DNA from: a virus
IMG/VR virus record: IMGVR_UViG_3300005731_000013
Location: 32,001 to 96,000 of that record
Direction: 5' to 3' (one strand)
DNA length: 64,000 bases
Below the pieces are notes generated by a model. That model did not search any database and was not told the origin of the DNA. It saw only the letters and a program-made list of their open reading frames with translations. Shown here in pieces: positions 50,304-60,468 of the stretch. Numbering within the stretch: position 1 is the first letter of the stretch; every line of letters starts with the position of its first letter. A program made the translations under genes and the position numbers.

Positions 50304-51323
50304 TTATAAGTTATTATATATATCCATTAATAATTTTTGACTAATAATGTCACTTTCAACAGATTGCAATTGATTATATACAATTTGATCTACACTTTCG
50401 ACAATTATTTCGCCATTGTTGACGGTTTCTGCTGAAATTTCTTCTTTCTTCATAGGAACAAGACTTAATTCACGAGGATTAAATTGTGCCATAAATGTTT
50501 CTTTAATAAAGTTAGCTTCTTCGTAACTAATAGGAACATCAAGCATTGTTCTGCAATAAGTTTTATCATTCAGGTAGTCCTCAGGTGCATCAATTAAATC
50601 ACTAAGATTAATGCGAATGTAGCGCGGGCCGTCATAATTGACATAAGTTGGTTCACCTCCCCACTCTAAAAACATGCAACCACGGTCGTCATCCCATGCA
50701 TCAGCATAGTTATGTGCAAAAGGACTACCTAAATAATGAACTTTTTCTCGAATTTGTCGTTTATGGAAATGTCCTGAAAACACATAGTCAGCAGCATGGA
50801 AGTCAGCAGTTTGCAACTCACCATAGTCTGGCATTTCTACAATTGCGTTCATCATAAAATGTGGCAACTCAAAATGTCCAAAAACATATTTACTTTTGAG
50901 CTTTTTCATTTTTTTCCATTCATCACCAATTAACCAAGGAACAAGAGCAACATTACCTTGTTCTAAAATATCATCATTGATGATGTGAATATTTTCAAAT
51001 AATTCGCCATACGGAAAAGAATTGATTTCACGTTTTTCCCTATAGAATAAGTCGTGATTACCAACCAACATATAGATATCATCAAAAGCATCACTTAATG
51101 CCTTAAGATTGCTGACTGAGTAATTTAATGTAGACACATTGACACTTGACCTATTATGATGTAGATCACCAAGAAAAATGCACGTCTCACAACCACGTGC
51201 TTTAGATTCTTTGATAAACCAAGTTACAAATTCTTCACAATCAATGTTGTGTGTGCGACTGTTATTACGGTAGCCGAAATGTATGTCTGTGAAACATGCG
51301 GCGTGTTTAAATAAATTTGACAA
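50304..51323 (-). CDS. gp47: Recombination endonuclease subunit gp47 (Mre11/SbcD)
   Basis: TDIHFG, LGDL, VGNHD, GHFE, SGHFH phosphoesterase motifs. Confidence 0.93.
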   Translation of the reverse strand: MSNLFKHAACFTDIHFGYRNNSRTHNIDCEEFVTWFIKESKARGCETCIFLGDLHHNRSSVNVSTLNYSVSNLKALSDAFDDIYMLVGNHDLFYREKREINSFPYGELFENIHIINDDILEQGNVALVPWLIGDEWKKMKKLKSKYVFGHFELPHFMMNAIVEMPDYGELQTADFHAADYVFSGHFHKRQIREKVHYLGSPFAHNYADAWDDDRGCMFLEWGGEPTYVNYDGPRYIRINLSDLIDAPEDYLNDKTYCRTMLDVPISYEEANFIKETFMAQFNPRELSLVPMKKEEISAETVNNGEIIVESVDQIVYNQLQSVESDIISQKLLMDIYNNL

Positions 51324-51371
51324 ATATTTTTCCTATATATACTATAATTCTACTTATTAACCTATTGAAAG

Positions 51372-52916
51372 TCAACAATTTTTCCATATCCACTCAATTT
51401 TTCCACTATCCCAAATACATGGTATGTGCAACAATTCCATCATTTCTTTTTCAGTCAAATTTTTATCAAAAATATCTGGAAATTGTTGTTTTATACGAGC
51501 CTTTGTGAAATTACTGCAATGTGTTCGTTTATTTCGCCAAACATAAAAATATGAGGGAGGAACAACGTTCGCTGCATGAAATTGATTGCAATCATACAAT
51601 TGACCATCAAACCAATCATTCATTGAAAACGAGACTATTTCATTAAATCCGATATCTTTCTGTGCTTGTTTGAATATTTTACTGAACAGACCAGGATGCG
51701 TTTTATTATCTGATACCCAACGTTTTAATTCGAACCGTCTAGATTGTCTTGACCCTCTTGTCCATCCAAATGTCATAACAGCAATTAGTGTATCATTGTC
51801 GAATGCACCATAATGGATTCCACCAACAAAATTTTGTAAATGATATTTGTCAACAAATGGTCTAGCCATTGCTGCATTGATGACAGATATATCCGCTTTC
51901 CGTCCACCTATACCTTTTGGTTTATTATGCAATTTTGATTGTATTAATGCTTTGACTTTATCAAAATTTGACACAAAATCACATTCAAATATTTGAATAA
52001 GAGATATATTGTTTTCGTTAGCCAAGCGCCATTTATTAAAATGATAATTCTTGTCTTTGAATTTGTTGGAATGCCAATAATCACCGTTACATTCAATACC
52101 TAGATTTAATTCAGGAAGCCATATATCTATTTCAAAAGGAGGTATGATGTTATATGAATTTTGTTCTATTTTGATATCAGAGTTGATAGATTTGATAATG
52201 TCAACAATACCAGTCTCCAAGTAACTTGATTTTTTACATATATTATTAGTATCGATATCATGTACAGAAATATATCTAATGATAGTATTGCGGTCAACAG
52301 ATAGATGAGAGGCTAATGTTCCAGGAGTCATATTTGATAATGCAGTCTCGAATATACGCTTGTCTTCTAAAAACGACAAAATATCCGAAGACATATTAAT
52401 ATGGGAAATATGTTCCACGCCGTATTTTTTGAGTAAGGTTTGTTTTCTATTTTTAGAACCAACAATAGAATTTTGATTAGTAGCAAAAGAGTGAATGTCA
52501 GGATTTTGGAATGAAAACTCATAGCCATATTGTTCTAACATTGTTTTTGATCGTTTTAATTGTGATGTGGGATTTTGAAATGAATAATTATAACCGTGGC
52601 TCTTTAAATTTGATTCAGCCAATGTTTTTTTAAATTTACCACATCTTGCTCTGCATTTTGCTGAACAATATTGTGGATATTGATTGCGGTCTGCATTCCA
52701 TTTTAAAGACTTAGAACAGTTATCATTTTGACAAATAGGCACCTCGACTATTTGATTTTTACAATGCCAAATTATTTGACGGGCTTTAAACTTATTCCAA
52801 TCTGTGGGAATAATATCCCATAGATCAGATTTCTTAATCATATTAATGGTGACTATTTGCTTATTTGAAAATTCATCGTCAATTATTCGATTTGCCTGTG
52901 TGAATTGTATAGACAT
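51372..52916 (-). mobile_element. Hef/Vsr-like endonuclease-GNAT, copy 7
   Basis: YCSAKC, YGY.FSFQNP repeats, EIDIWLPELNLGIECNGDYWHS, WDSGKIEW. Confidence 0.85.
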
Positions 52917-52931
52917 AATGATAGTCTTATA

Positions 52932-53825
52932 TTATAAAATGTTATACCCGCGATCACGCAACTCTTGATTTTGCTTTTCTTCATCTTCTTCACGAGCACG
53001 TTGTTGTGCTGCTTCATCATCCAATTGACGATTGAAACTTGGCATATATCCGCCATCTTGTAATATATCATCACGAATATGCTGATTTCGTTTTTCTAAA
53101 TTAAGAACACGAGTGAATGAATTTTGTAGGACACGAGTATAATAAGCAAACGGATTGTCACTTCTCGCTTCGTTAAATTTTAATCCAACTTCACTTAGTT
53201 GCAATAATGCAGCACTTTGCATTTCATCATTATACGTATAACCACGCCAATTGCCTCGCATTGCATAACGTTCGACTAATTTGATCATCATTTTAGCTAA
53301 TGTTGGAGTTAGTCTACCATGATCTACACTGAAACACCCATTATCAAACCCGCCACTCCAATGACTTCTTGCCACTTCACGAAGTTCATCATTAACATAT
53401 GCATAATGTTTGAATGGAGGGAAATTACATTTTGTATGCAAGTCTGCTTCGGTTTTTGGATTCTTTTTACGATCGGGTGTTTCAGGAATATGATCATACG
53501 TCATAACACGAAATACAATATCGTCATCAGGAATTGAAGCATCATCTACTTTGAACTCTGCTTGTTTTGGTTTTGTTGACCGTTGAGCGCCATTGGCTTC
53601 CCAATTTTTGATACCTGTTTCATAACCTGCACTAGACAGCTTTGCAGCATGGTTGATTTTTGCTTGTGTTACAACTTCGGGAGTGATTTCATCTACATTG
53701 TCGACAATAATGTCGAAATGTGAGTATGCGTCATCCATAGTGTAACAGAAACTCATTTTGCTTTTATGAATTTCTTTAAGAATGTCTTTATTATTAAGAT
53801 AGTTTGTTGCGCGTTTCCTCGCCAT
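52932..53825 (-). CDS. gp55: Late transcription sigma factor gp55
   Basis: NYLNNKD, NWRGYTYNDEM, KFN...S.NPFAYYT...NSF.R. Confidence 0.88.
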   Translation of the reverse strand: MARKRATNYLNNKDILKEIHKSKMSFCYTMDDAYSHFDIIVDNVDEITPEVVTQAKINHAAKLSSAGYETGIKNWEANGAQRSTKPKQAEFKVDDASIPDDDIVFRVMTYDHIPETPDRKKNPKTEADLHTKCNFPPFKHYAYVNDELREVARSHWSGGFDNGCFSVDHGRLTPTLAKMMIKLVERYAMRGNWRGYTYNDEMQSAALLQLSEVGLKFNEARSDNPFAYYTRVLQNSFTRVLNLEKRNQHIRDDILQDGGYMPSFNRQLDDEAAQQRAREEDEEKQNQELRDRGYNIL

Positions 53826-53944
53826 AGATTTTCCTTATTTGTTTCAATATAACATGGATAACCCATTGAAGTCAATAGATTTTTTTTGTGTATAAATATT
53901 ATTAAGAATGATTGAATATCATATATTTATTAGGTTGAAACATA

Positions 53945-54544
53945 ATGACAAGAGTAGATCAACGTGCGCGGTTATCAGCAAAACGTGCTTATAAAACAGC
54001 ATTTGGTGGGCCAGCATCAGTTTTGGAAAATACTAATGGAATTCTATTTCCATATACTCCGAATATTTCGGTTGCACATACTGCTGAATATGCACAATAT
54101 GATTTGGTGCATACAAATTACCAACAACAGGCGTTCAGTAGATCACGAAATCCAACAATACAGATCACAGGAACATTTATAAATCAAACTCCACGTGAAG
54201 CAAAATATACTATTGGTGTAATGCATTTTTTAAGAGTAGTAAGTAAGATGCATTATGGTATCAATGATGATGATGCAGGAACGCCGCCACCAGTATTGGA
54301 TTTTTCTGCATATGGGACTTATAATTTTTACAAAGTCCCGGTGTTGGTGAGCAGTTTTAATTTCATTTATGAAGATGGTGTTGATTATATAGAAACGGTA
54401 ACATCAGATGGTGAAACAGTTCAAATTCCGACATTGATGACCATTGCTATTGATCTGTTGCCACAATATAACCCGACCAAACAAAGTAATTTCAGTTTAT
54501 ATGATTTTGCTAACGGTGACGGTTACAAAGGAGGATTTATTTGA
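53945..54544 (+). CDS. Baseplate tube-initiator-like protein (gp48/54 family)
   Basis: FPYTP, GTPPPVL.FSAYG; TATAAATA at 53891. Confidence 0.65.
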   Translation: MTRVDQRARLSAKRAYKTAFGGPASVLENTNGILFPYTPNISVAHTAEYAQYDLVHTNYQQQAFSRSRNPTIQITGTFINQTPREAKYTIGVMHFLRVVSKMHYGINDDDAGTPPPVLDFSAYGTYNFYKVPVLVSSFNFIYEDGVDYIETVTSDGETVQIPTLMTIAIDLLPQYNPTKQSNFSLYDFANGDGYKGGFI

Positions 54545-54831
54545 TGGCATACAAACGAAACAGTCATTTGAGAGAGACAAGGATTGTAAATGGATATACT
54601 GCATTATATAATCCATCAGTTACTCCAGATTATTCTCGAACTTTTGAATTTACGATAACACAAAAATATGTTAAACGCCCAGATTTGCTTGCATATGATC
54701 TATATGGCGATGCACATTTTTGGTGGTTATTCCCTATATATAATCCAAATGCATTGTTGGATCCAATAAACGATTTTACCTTAGAGACTAGTTTATTAGT
54801 CCCAACTCGTGATTTTGTGGCGGGGATATAA
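54544..54831 (+). CDS. gp53: Baseplate wedge protein gp53-like (LysM)
   Basis: RPDLLAYDLYG...WW.F...N. Confidence 0.8.
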   Translation: MAYKRNSHLRETRIVNGYTALYNPSVTPDYSRTFEFTITQKYVKRPDLLAYDLYGDAHFWWLFPIYNPNALLDPINDFTLETSLLVPTRDFVAGI

Positions 54832-56912
54832 TGACATATATTCCTAATAGATTAAATGATTATGATACCTATACATATAATATTAGAATGTATATGGTCC
54901 ACCCGTCATATTTGTCACAACTTGATATGGCAATTCAAAATGGAAATGCGAAATTAATCGCAGATAATTCTCAAATAGCAAAATACAATATTTCTGATTT
55001 AGAACAGATTTTTACTGTTGGGCATAATTTGGTCAGAGAAGGCATTGGTAATAAATTTATAATGACAATGAATGAACCAAATGGCGCAACATTGATCAAT
55101 ACATTGAAACAAGTTAGTTTGGATTTAGGAATTGAAAATCATTTACATGCGCGATATATAATTGCAATAGATTTTCGAGGCCGCAAATCAGATGGCAAAC
55201 CGCATAAGTTCAATCAAACATTTTATTATCCTGTTATCATTACATCATTAAATTTCAATGTAAGTGAAGGCGGGGCTGCCTACAATATCAATTTAATTGA
55301 AAATTCAACATTAGGATATCAATATCTGAGCAACAATATAAATGAACAAATTACAGTGGTGGCACGAACTGTTGGTGAATTTGTTACAGAATTTGAAAAG
55401 AAATACAATAACTCAATTTTCAATGCCTGGGCAATAAATGATTCGGCAGGTGAATATTATGACACATTTTCTTTTGAATTTGATGATTCAACATCTGATT
55501 GGAAAAATTGGCGATTTCAAATTTTAGATGATGGCTTGGATATTGGTGCTGTCGAATTAGTAGGATTGCCTGGTGAAGATCCTGCATTACAAATAACTGT
55601 AAATAATGGAACAAATATCACAACATTGTTTTCACAAGTGCTGCAACTGACAGCTGAATATAAATGTATACCATTAACAGGCAAATCTGGCCTAGGACAA
55701 CAATTTGCTAGACCAATACCTAGTGAAAATACAAATACAACATTAGATTCATTGCCAACATTTTTTAAAATGATCAGTAATGTTGAATATGGCAATTATG
55801 ATCGCCTTAAAGGTGATTATCAAAAGAAGATAGTATATAAACTCAAATCATATGTTGTTACGAATGAAATTATTGATGCGATTGCATATCAAGCAAGTAT
55901 TACAAATTCTGGAGTTCAAAATCGTAGAGTAGAAAATCTTATAGCAAATAATTTCCTACGTAAAAGATATGATTATTACTACACAGGAAAAAACACTGAA
56001 GTATTAGAATTTGATATGCAATTTGATAATCTATATTATTATATCACACCATATGGCGAGGGCACAATCGGAGACCCAAACTTTATGGCACCTGTAATTG
56101 CATCAGATAAGGATCAATTGATGGCACGATTGGTTAATTCTAGAAAAGAAGTTGCATCTGCAAAAAAAGCATTCAATGCAGCATCCGCGTCAAAATTGAA
56201 TTTGTCAAATGATATTTTAGATCCACGAGGTGAATCATTCATAACTATTGGTCAAGCGAAAATTCAATTTGATAATGCTTTTGAAAATTTTCGTAGAACA
56301 ACTGATGAAGTAATTGATATATTAAAAACACAATATGAATTAACTGACGCGGATATCAATTATCAATTACGATTTGTCGCAGATACTATTAGTGACCAAG
56401 ATATATCTTCAAGTGACAATGATAGAAAAGGTGGAACCCTGAAACATGGTGCAGTCAAAGCTAATCTGGAAAATCCTGCGGATTTGGTCCAAATTGAATT
56501 AGGAATTCGCGGTGATCCATACTGGCTTGGGGCACCAAATAGCTTTTATAATCAACAACGAAATAGTGACGAAATTGTTGATTATGAAGCAGGATCGCCT
56601 AATTTCTTCTTACAAGTTAACTTGCCAACCTCTGATGAAGATAGTGCAGGCCTGCGTAAACCACAACCAGATTATCAAGTAAGTGGTGTATATACTGTTA
56701 AAAATGTGATCAATAGATATCGGGATGGAATGTTTACGCAACATCTTAATGCAGTTAGAGATCTAGCCACGAATACTATAACTGCATTTGGTAGCTTAGC
56801 AAGTAATAATGTAGATTCGTTTAACACAGATGATGCAAGCATAAAAAGTCAATATTTGGATGTTGCACAACAAATAGAAAATGCAACTCGACGAATAACT
56901 AACAATAGGTAA
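54831..56912 (+). CDS. Baseplate hub protein (gp27-like)
   Basis: C-terminal IRGDPYWL, SGVY.V..V...F.Q.L; upstream of gp5. Confidence 0.65.
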   Translation: MTYIPNRLNDYDTYTYNIRMYMVHPSYLSQLDMAIQNGNAKLIADNSQIAKYNISDLEQIFTVGHNLVREGIGNKFIMTMNEPNGATLINTLKQVSLDLGIENHLHARYIIAIDFRGRKSDGKPHKFNQTFYYPVIITSLNFNVSEGGAAYNINLIENSTLGYQYLSNNINEQITVVARTVGEFVTEFEKKYNNSIFNAWAINDSAGEYYDTFSFEFDDSTSDWKNWRFQILDDGLDIGAVELVGLPGEDPALQITVNNGTNITTLFSQVLQLTAEYKCIPLTGKSGLGQQFARPIPSENTNTTLDSLPTFFKMISNVEYGNYDRLKGDYQKKIVYKLKSYVVTNEIIDAIAYQASITNSGVQNRRVENLIANNFLRKRYDYYYTGKNTEVLEFDMQFDNLYYYITPYGEGTIGDPNFMAPVIASDKDQLMARLVNSRKEVASAKKAFNAASASKLNLSNDILDPRGESFITIGQAKIQFDNAFENFRRTTDEVIDILKTQYELTDADINYQLRFVADTISDQDISSSDNDRKGGTLKHGAVKANLENPADLVQIELGIRGDPYWLGAPNSFYNQQRNSDEIVDYEAGSPNFFLQVNLPTSDEDSAGLRKPQPDYQVSGVYTVKNVINRYRDGMFTQHLNAVRDLATNTITAFGSLASNNVDSFNTDDASIKSQYLDVAQQIENATRRITNNR

Positions 56913-56917
56913 CAACA

Positions 56918-58681
56918 ATGTCAATCAATCGTAGTTCTGATACTAATAGTAAAAAAGTTAGGGCACAATATAACCAAAATGTTATGGAAAAAGGCCTAAA
57001 AATTCCAACTGGCGTTTATAGGGGCGTTGTGGTTGATGTAAATGATCCTAATAAAATGGGCCGAGTCAAAGTTCATATTATGAAATTTTATGGAACATTC
57101 ACAGCAGGACAAAATGCAGGAACAAATATCGACCCTGAAGATTATTTAGGTGCAATGTGGTGTAGGCAATTAATGCCATTTGGGGGGACATCAACCCCAG
57201 CAGCAGGGCCAAATGGCGTGGTAAGTCAAAATGCATATGGAATGCATGGCCAACCACCATCATTAGATAATGAGGTATTAGTAGCATTTTCTGGTGATAC
57301 GCATAGTGGTATTATTTTGGGTGTGTTGCCTGATCCACAAAAAATTGATGGGTTAGCAGGTGCTGGCGTAACAGGTCAAACAGCATCAGGTGAAACAACT
57401 ATCCGCCAAGAAAGAAGCAAAACAACTTCTACTGCGGATGAACAACCAGATGAACACCCCTTGGCCGAAATACTTAGAAAACAAGGGTTAGATAAAGATA
57501 GAATCCGTGGACAAAATTATTCAAGTCCTACACGAGATCCAAGTTCACAGGTCATGGGAATGACTACACCTGTCGGACATAGTATTACTATGGATGATGG
57601 TGATGGTGAAGATCAAGATAATTTAGGTATGCGTTTAAGAACCGCTGGTGGGGCACAGATTCTTATGGACGACACAAATGGTATGACATACATTAACAAC
57701 CGTGAAGGCAATGTATGGGTTGAAATGAACCGTAACGGTGACATTGATATATATGCCGGAAACAGTATTAACATAGCAACTCAAGGTGATTTTAATTTTA
57801 ATTGCGGCGGCAGCTTCAATTTAAATGCAGGGCGAGCAATTAATATGAAATCAGGTGGCGCAACTGGAATTAAATTAGAAGCAGCGAGCGGAAGTGTTGA
57901 TATATTCGCCCATGCAAATCTTAACTTGCAAGCGGATGCAAATGGAAATTTACGAGTAGCTGGGAATTATAGAGAAACGGCTGGAAGAATTGATATGAAC
58001 GGTGCTCCTGCATTGGCTGCGTCAAAGCCTGCAGTGCAACAACACGCAGGCAATACAAATATAACTGAAAGCATTGCTGGACGGGTTCCAGAAGCAGAGC
58101 CTTGGAATGGGCATTTAGATGTAAGTGTGCTTGATTCGTCATCAGCTAGTGGTGCAACTGCACAAGGAAATAGTAATAGTTATTATTATGGTTCTCCTAC
58201 AGACATGCATTCATATAATGATCAGACTGGTGATTTTGACATTAACAATTATCCTGTCGCTGAAGGAGAAACAGGCGCATTTGTTCAATATAGATCTGGT
58301 GTAGATAAACGTATTGATCCTGCATTGATAACTATGGTTGAAGAAATTGCTCGACGTTTCGGCCGTCCATTGGTTATTACTTCAGGATATCGTTCACCAT
58401 CTAGAAATACAAAGGCAGGCGGCGCAAAATATTCTCAGCATATGTTAGGTAAGGCTGTTGATATTTCAGGTGGCGGATTGACTAACAATGATCGTCTACA
58501 ATTGGTTGCTATAGCAAGCTCAGTAGGAATTAAAGGGATTGGTGTTTATAATGGCGGTAGTCTGCACTTTGATAATAGAGATAGCAGCCGCGCGGGCTGG
58601 GGTTCTGATTATACTAGCAATAGTGTTCCTAGCTATGCAGTCACAACTATAAACAAGCATAAGGCAGGAGGATTTGCATAA
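56918..58681 (+). CDS. gp5: Baseplate spike gp5/VgrG-like with C-terminal peptidase M15 domain
   Basis: GVVVDVNDP.KMGRVKV OB-fold, beta-helix repeats, ITSGYRS...SQHM.GKAVD...LHFD. Confidence 0.85.
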   Translation: MSINRSSDTNSKKVRAQYNQNVMEKGLKIPTGVYRGVVVDVNDPNKMGRVKVHIMKFYGTFTAGQNAGTNIDPEDYLGAMWCRQLMPFGGTSTPAAGPNGVVSQNAYGMHGQPPSLDNEVLVAFSGDTHSGIILGVLPDPQKIDGLAGAGVTGQTASGETTIRQERSKTTSTADEQPDEHPLAEILRKQGLDKDRIRGQNYSSPTRDPSSQVMGMTTPVGHSITMDDGDGEDQDNLGMRLRTAGGAQILMDDTNGMTYINNREGNVWVEMNRNGDIDIYAGNSINIATQGDFNFNCGGSFNLNAGRAINMKSGGATGIKLEAASGSVDIFAHANLNLQADANGNLRVAGNYRETAGRIDMNGAPALAASKPAVQQHAGNTNITESIAGRVPEAEPWNGHLDVSVLDSSSASGATAQGNSNSYYYGSPTDMHSYNDQTGDFDINNYPVAEGETGAFVQYRSGVDKRIDPALITMVEEIARRFGRPLVITSGYRSPSRNTKAGGAKYSQHMLGKAVDISGGGLTNNDRLQLVAIASSVGIKGIGVYNGGSLHFDNRDSSRAGWGSDYTSNSVPSYAVTTINKHKAGGFA

Positions 58682-59391
58682 TGTTAAAGTTAGTAGAGGC
58701 TAGTAAACGAATTCAATGGGAAACATTTACCAATCAAAATACGTTTTCAACTCAATTTGAAGTAAATGTTGGGGCTGTAACAATTTCTGAATCAATGTCA
58801 GATATGATATTAAGTTACAACACTTGGAGCGGCATACGATATCTAAATGATGATGGCGATTATGTAATTGGATATGGTATTGGGGACCCGGATGACCAAC
58901 AAGGCCAAACTGAAACTGATTCATATATCGAATGGATAGGTCATGTTCGTAATAAACAAAAAACTTTGAGAAATCAATTGCCAATTGTCAATATAACACA
59001 AACTGTTTTTGATGGTTTGATGAGTTTATATTTAGACACTGGAACTTGGCGAACAGTAACCTCAAATGAAGGCACTTATGATTTAGCCGATGCTGTTCGC
59101 AATGGTAATTGGTTATTGGTTGCGGACATTATTTCTAGAGGGAATGTAAATCCAAACAGAAGGCAACATGAGGCACGAGTAATACAATTAGCCGATTATT
59201 CGGCTAGTAAAGATAGAAATCAACAAATTATTCAAGGTATACAAAAATTGCGAACATCATATGTTAACGGCTTTTCAAATGATTTTGATAAAACACAAGC
59301 CGAATTTGTATATTACCGACAACTCGGGGTGTTCTTGCCTAACATGTCAAACTTAAGGCAACGACGCATCGTTGCCCAAGCTGTTACATAA
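58681..59391 (+). CDS. Lysozyme-like (GH24) protein, possibly catalytically degenerate
   Basis: IGYG, TQ..FD.L.S, RR..EA motifs; the canonical N-terminal catalytic Glu (EG) is not evident. Confidence 0.55.
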   Translation: MLKLVEASKRIQWETFTNQNTFSTQFEVNVGAVTISESMSDMILSYNTWSGIRYLNDDGDYVIGYGIGDPDDQQGQTETDSYIEWIGHVRNKQKTLRNQLPIVNITQTVFDGLMSLYLDTGTWRTVTSNEGTYDLADAVRNGNWLLVADIISRGNVNPNRRQHEARVIQLADYSASKDRNQQIIQGIQKLRTSYVNGFSNDFDKTQAEFVYYRQLGVFLPNMSNLRQRRIVAQAVT

Positions 59392-59481
59392 TAGTAAACA
59401 TAAATGTATATAGCCAATTCACCAATCATTACACTGATAAAACAAATGGTGCTATTTGCTTGTATCGACTATTGTTGCTTA

Positions 59482-59724
59482 TTATCTCCAAGTGTCGCCA
59501 CGGCTACGAGCAATTTCGTCTTCAGAAAAGGCCCCGCCCATACGATCAGGATTCAAACGCCATCCCATTTCGCTGTTTGATTCCTCGAGATCAGCAATTC
59601 TTCCCTCTAGAGAACGGATACGAGCAATAGTTTGCACAACAAGATCACTGTTTCTAGAACCAATGCCCAATCCCTCAGATAATGTCATTAGTTCTTCAAT
59701 CAATTGTTCATTTGTTTTTGGCAT
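59482..59724 (-). CDS. Hypothetical early protein
   Basis: 80-aa ORF. Confidence 0.6.
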   Translation of the reverse strand: MPKTNEQLIEELMTLSEGLGIGSRNSDLVVQTIARIRSLEGRIADLEESNSEMGWRLNPDRMGGAFSEDEIARSRGDTWR

Positions 59725-59736
59725 AATTAACCTTTC

Positions 59737-59764
59737 AACATGTCATAAACGTTTATGACATGTT
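59737..59764. repeat. Perfect 28-bp palindrome
   Basis: aacatgtcataaac|gtttatgacatgtt. Confidence 0.85.
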
Positions 59765-59790
59765 TGATAACATGAATGGATACTTTTGAA

Positions 59791-59976
59791 TTAAATCGAG
59801 CGGCGGCTTCCCCAAGCAACATTTTTACTACGTGAAACGTCCGCGGCATCAATTTCATATTCACTTTTGAAAAGGTTGCATTTGATAGTAACTTTGTCGC
59901 CGTTCATTGCAACAATAACACCTGCGTTACCATAAATGGTATATACATTTGCGCCTACTTTCAAGTTCTTACCCAT
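59791..59976 (-). CDS. Small SH3-like hypothetical protein
   Basis: 61 aa, behind an early promoter. Confidence 0.65.
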   Translation of the reverse strand: MGKNLKVGANVYTIYGNAGVIVAMNGDKVTIKCNLFKSEYEIDAADVSRSKNVAWGSRRSI

Positions 59977-59999
59977 GTCTTTGTCCTTTTGTCTTTTAT

Positions 60000-60041
60000 T
60001 GCTTACAATATCAATATAAAGTAAAACGTTTTACTTGTCAA
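60000..60041 (-). promoter_or_regulatory. Early promoter (conserved motif)
   Basis: TTGACA-N17-TATATT-GATATTGTAAGCA. Confidence 0.75.
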
Positions 60042-60086
60042 CTATAATTTATAAAAAACTTGGTTTTTCTTGCCATAAATACTTAT

Positions 60087-60452
60087 ATGGTAACATTTAT
60101 AGGTTTTTCATCATATAATAAACGTACTGGCACCCAAGTCTTAGAAGATAAGGAACTGGCCAAGCGTGATTTATTAAATCATTTTTATACCCGTCGTGGC
60201 GAACGATTGGGCGAGCCGGAGTTTGGCAGTATTTTGCCTGAATTACTTTTTGAGCAATATGATCAAGTTGTAATTGATGCAGCGGATGAAGATGTACGAA
60301 CAATTATTGGTTTAGATCCAAGATGGAAATTACAAGATTATGATATTGATATTGGCGAGCATACAATTACTATTACTGTCCAACTTCAATATGTGCCGGA
60401 CCTCAGTGTAGATAGGTTAGTATTGTCATATACTGATCAAGAAGGAATATGA
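60087..60452 (+). CDS. gp25: Baseplate wedge subunit gp25
   Basis: TRRGER...PEFGS...LLFE, DPR. Confidence 0.88.
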   Translation: MVTFIGFSSYNKRTGTQVLEDKELAKRDLLNHFYTRRGERLGEPEFGSILPELLFEQYDQVVIDAADEDVRTIIGLDPRWKLQDYDIDIGEHTITITVQLQYVPDLSVDRLVLSYTDQEGI

Positions 60453-60468
60453 AAGAATGGAACAATAA

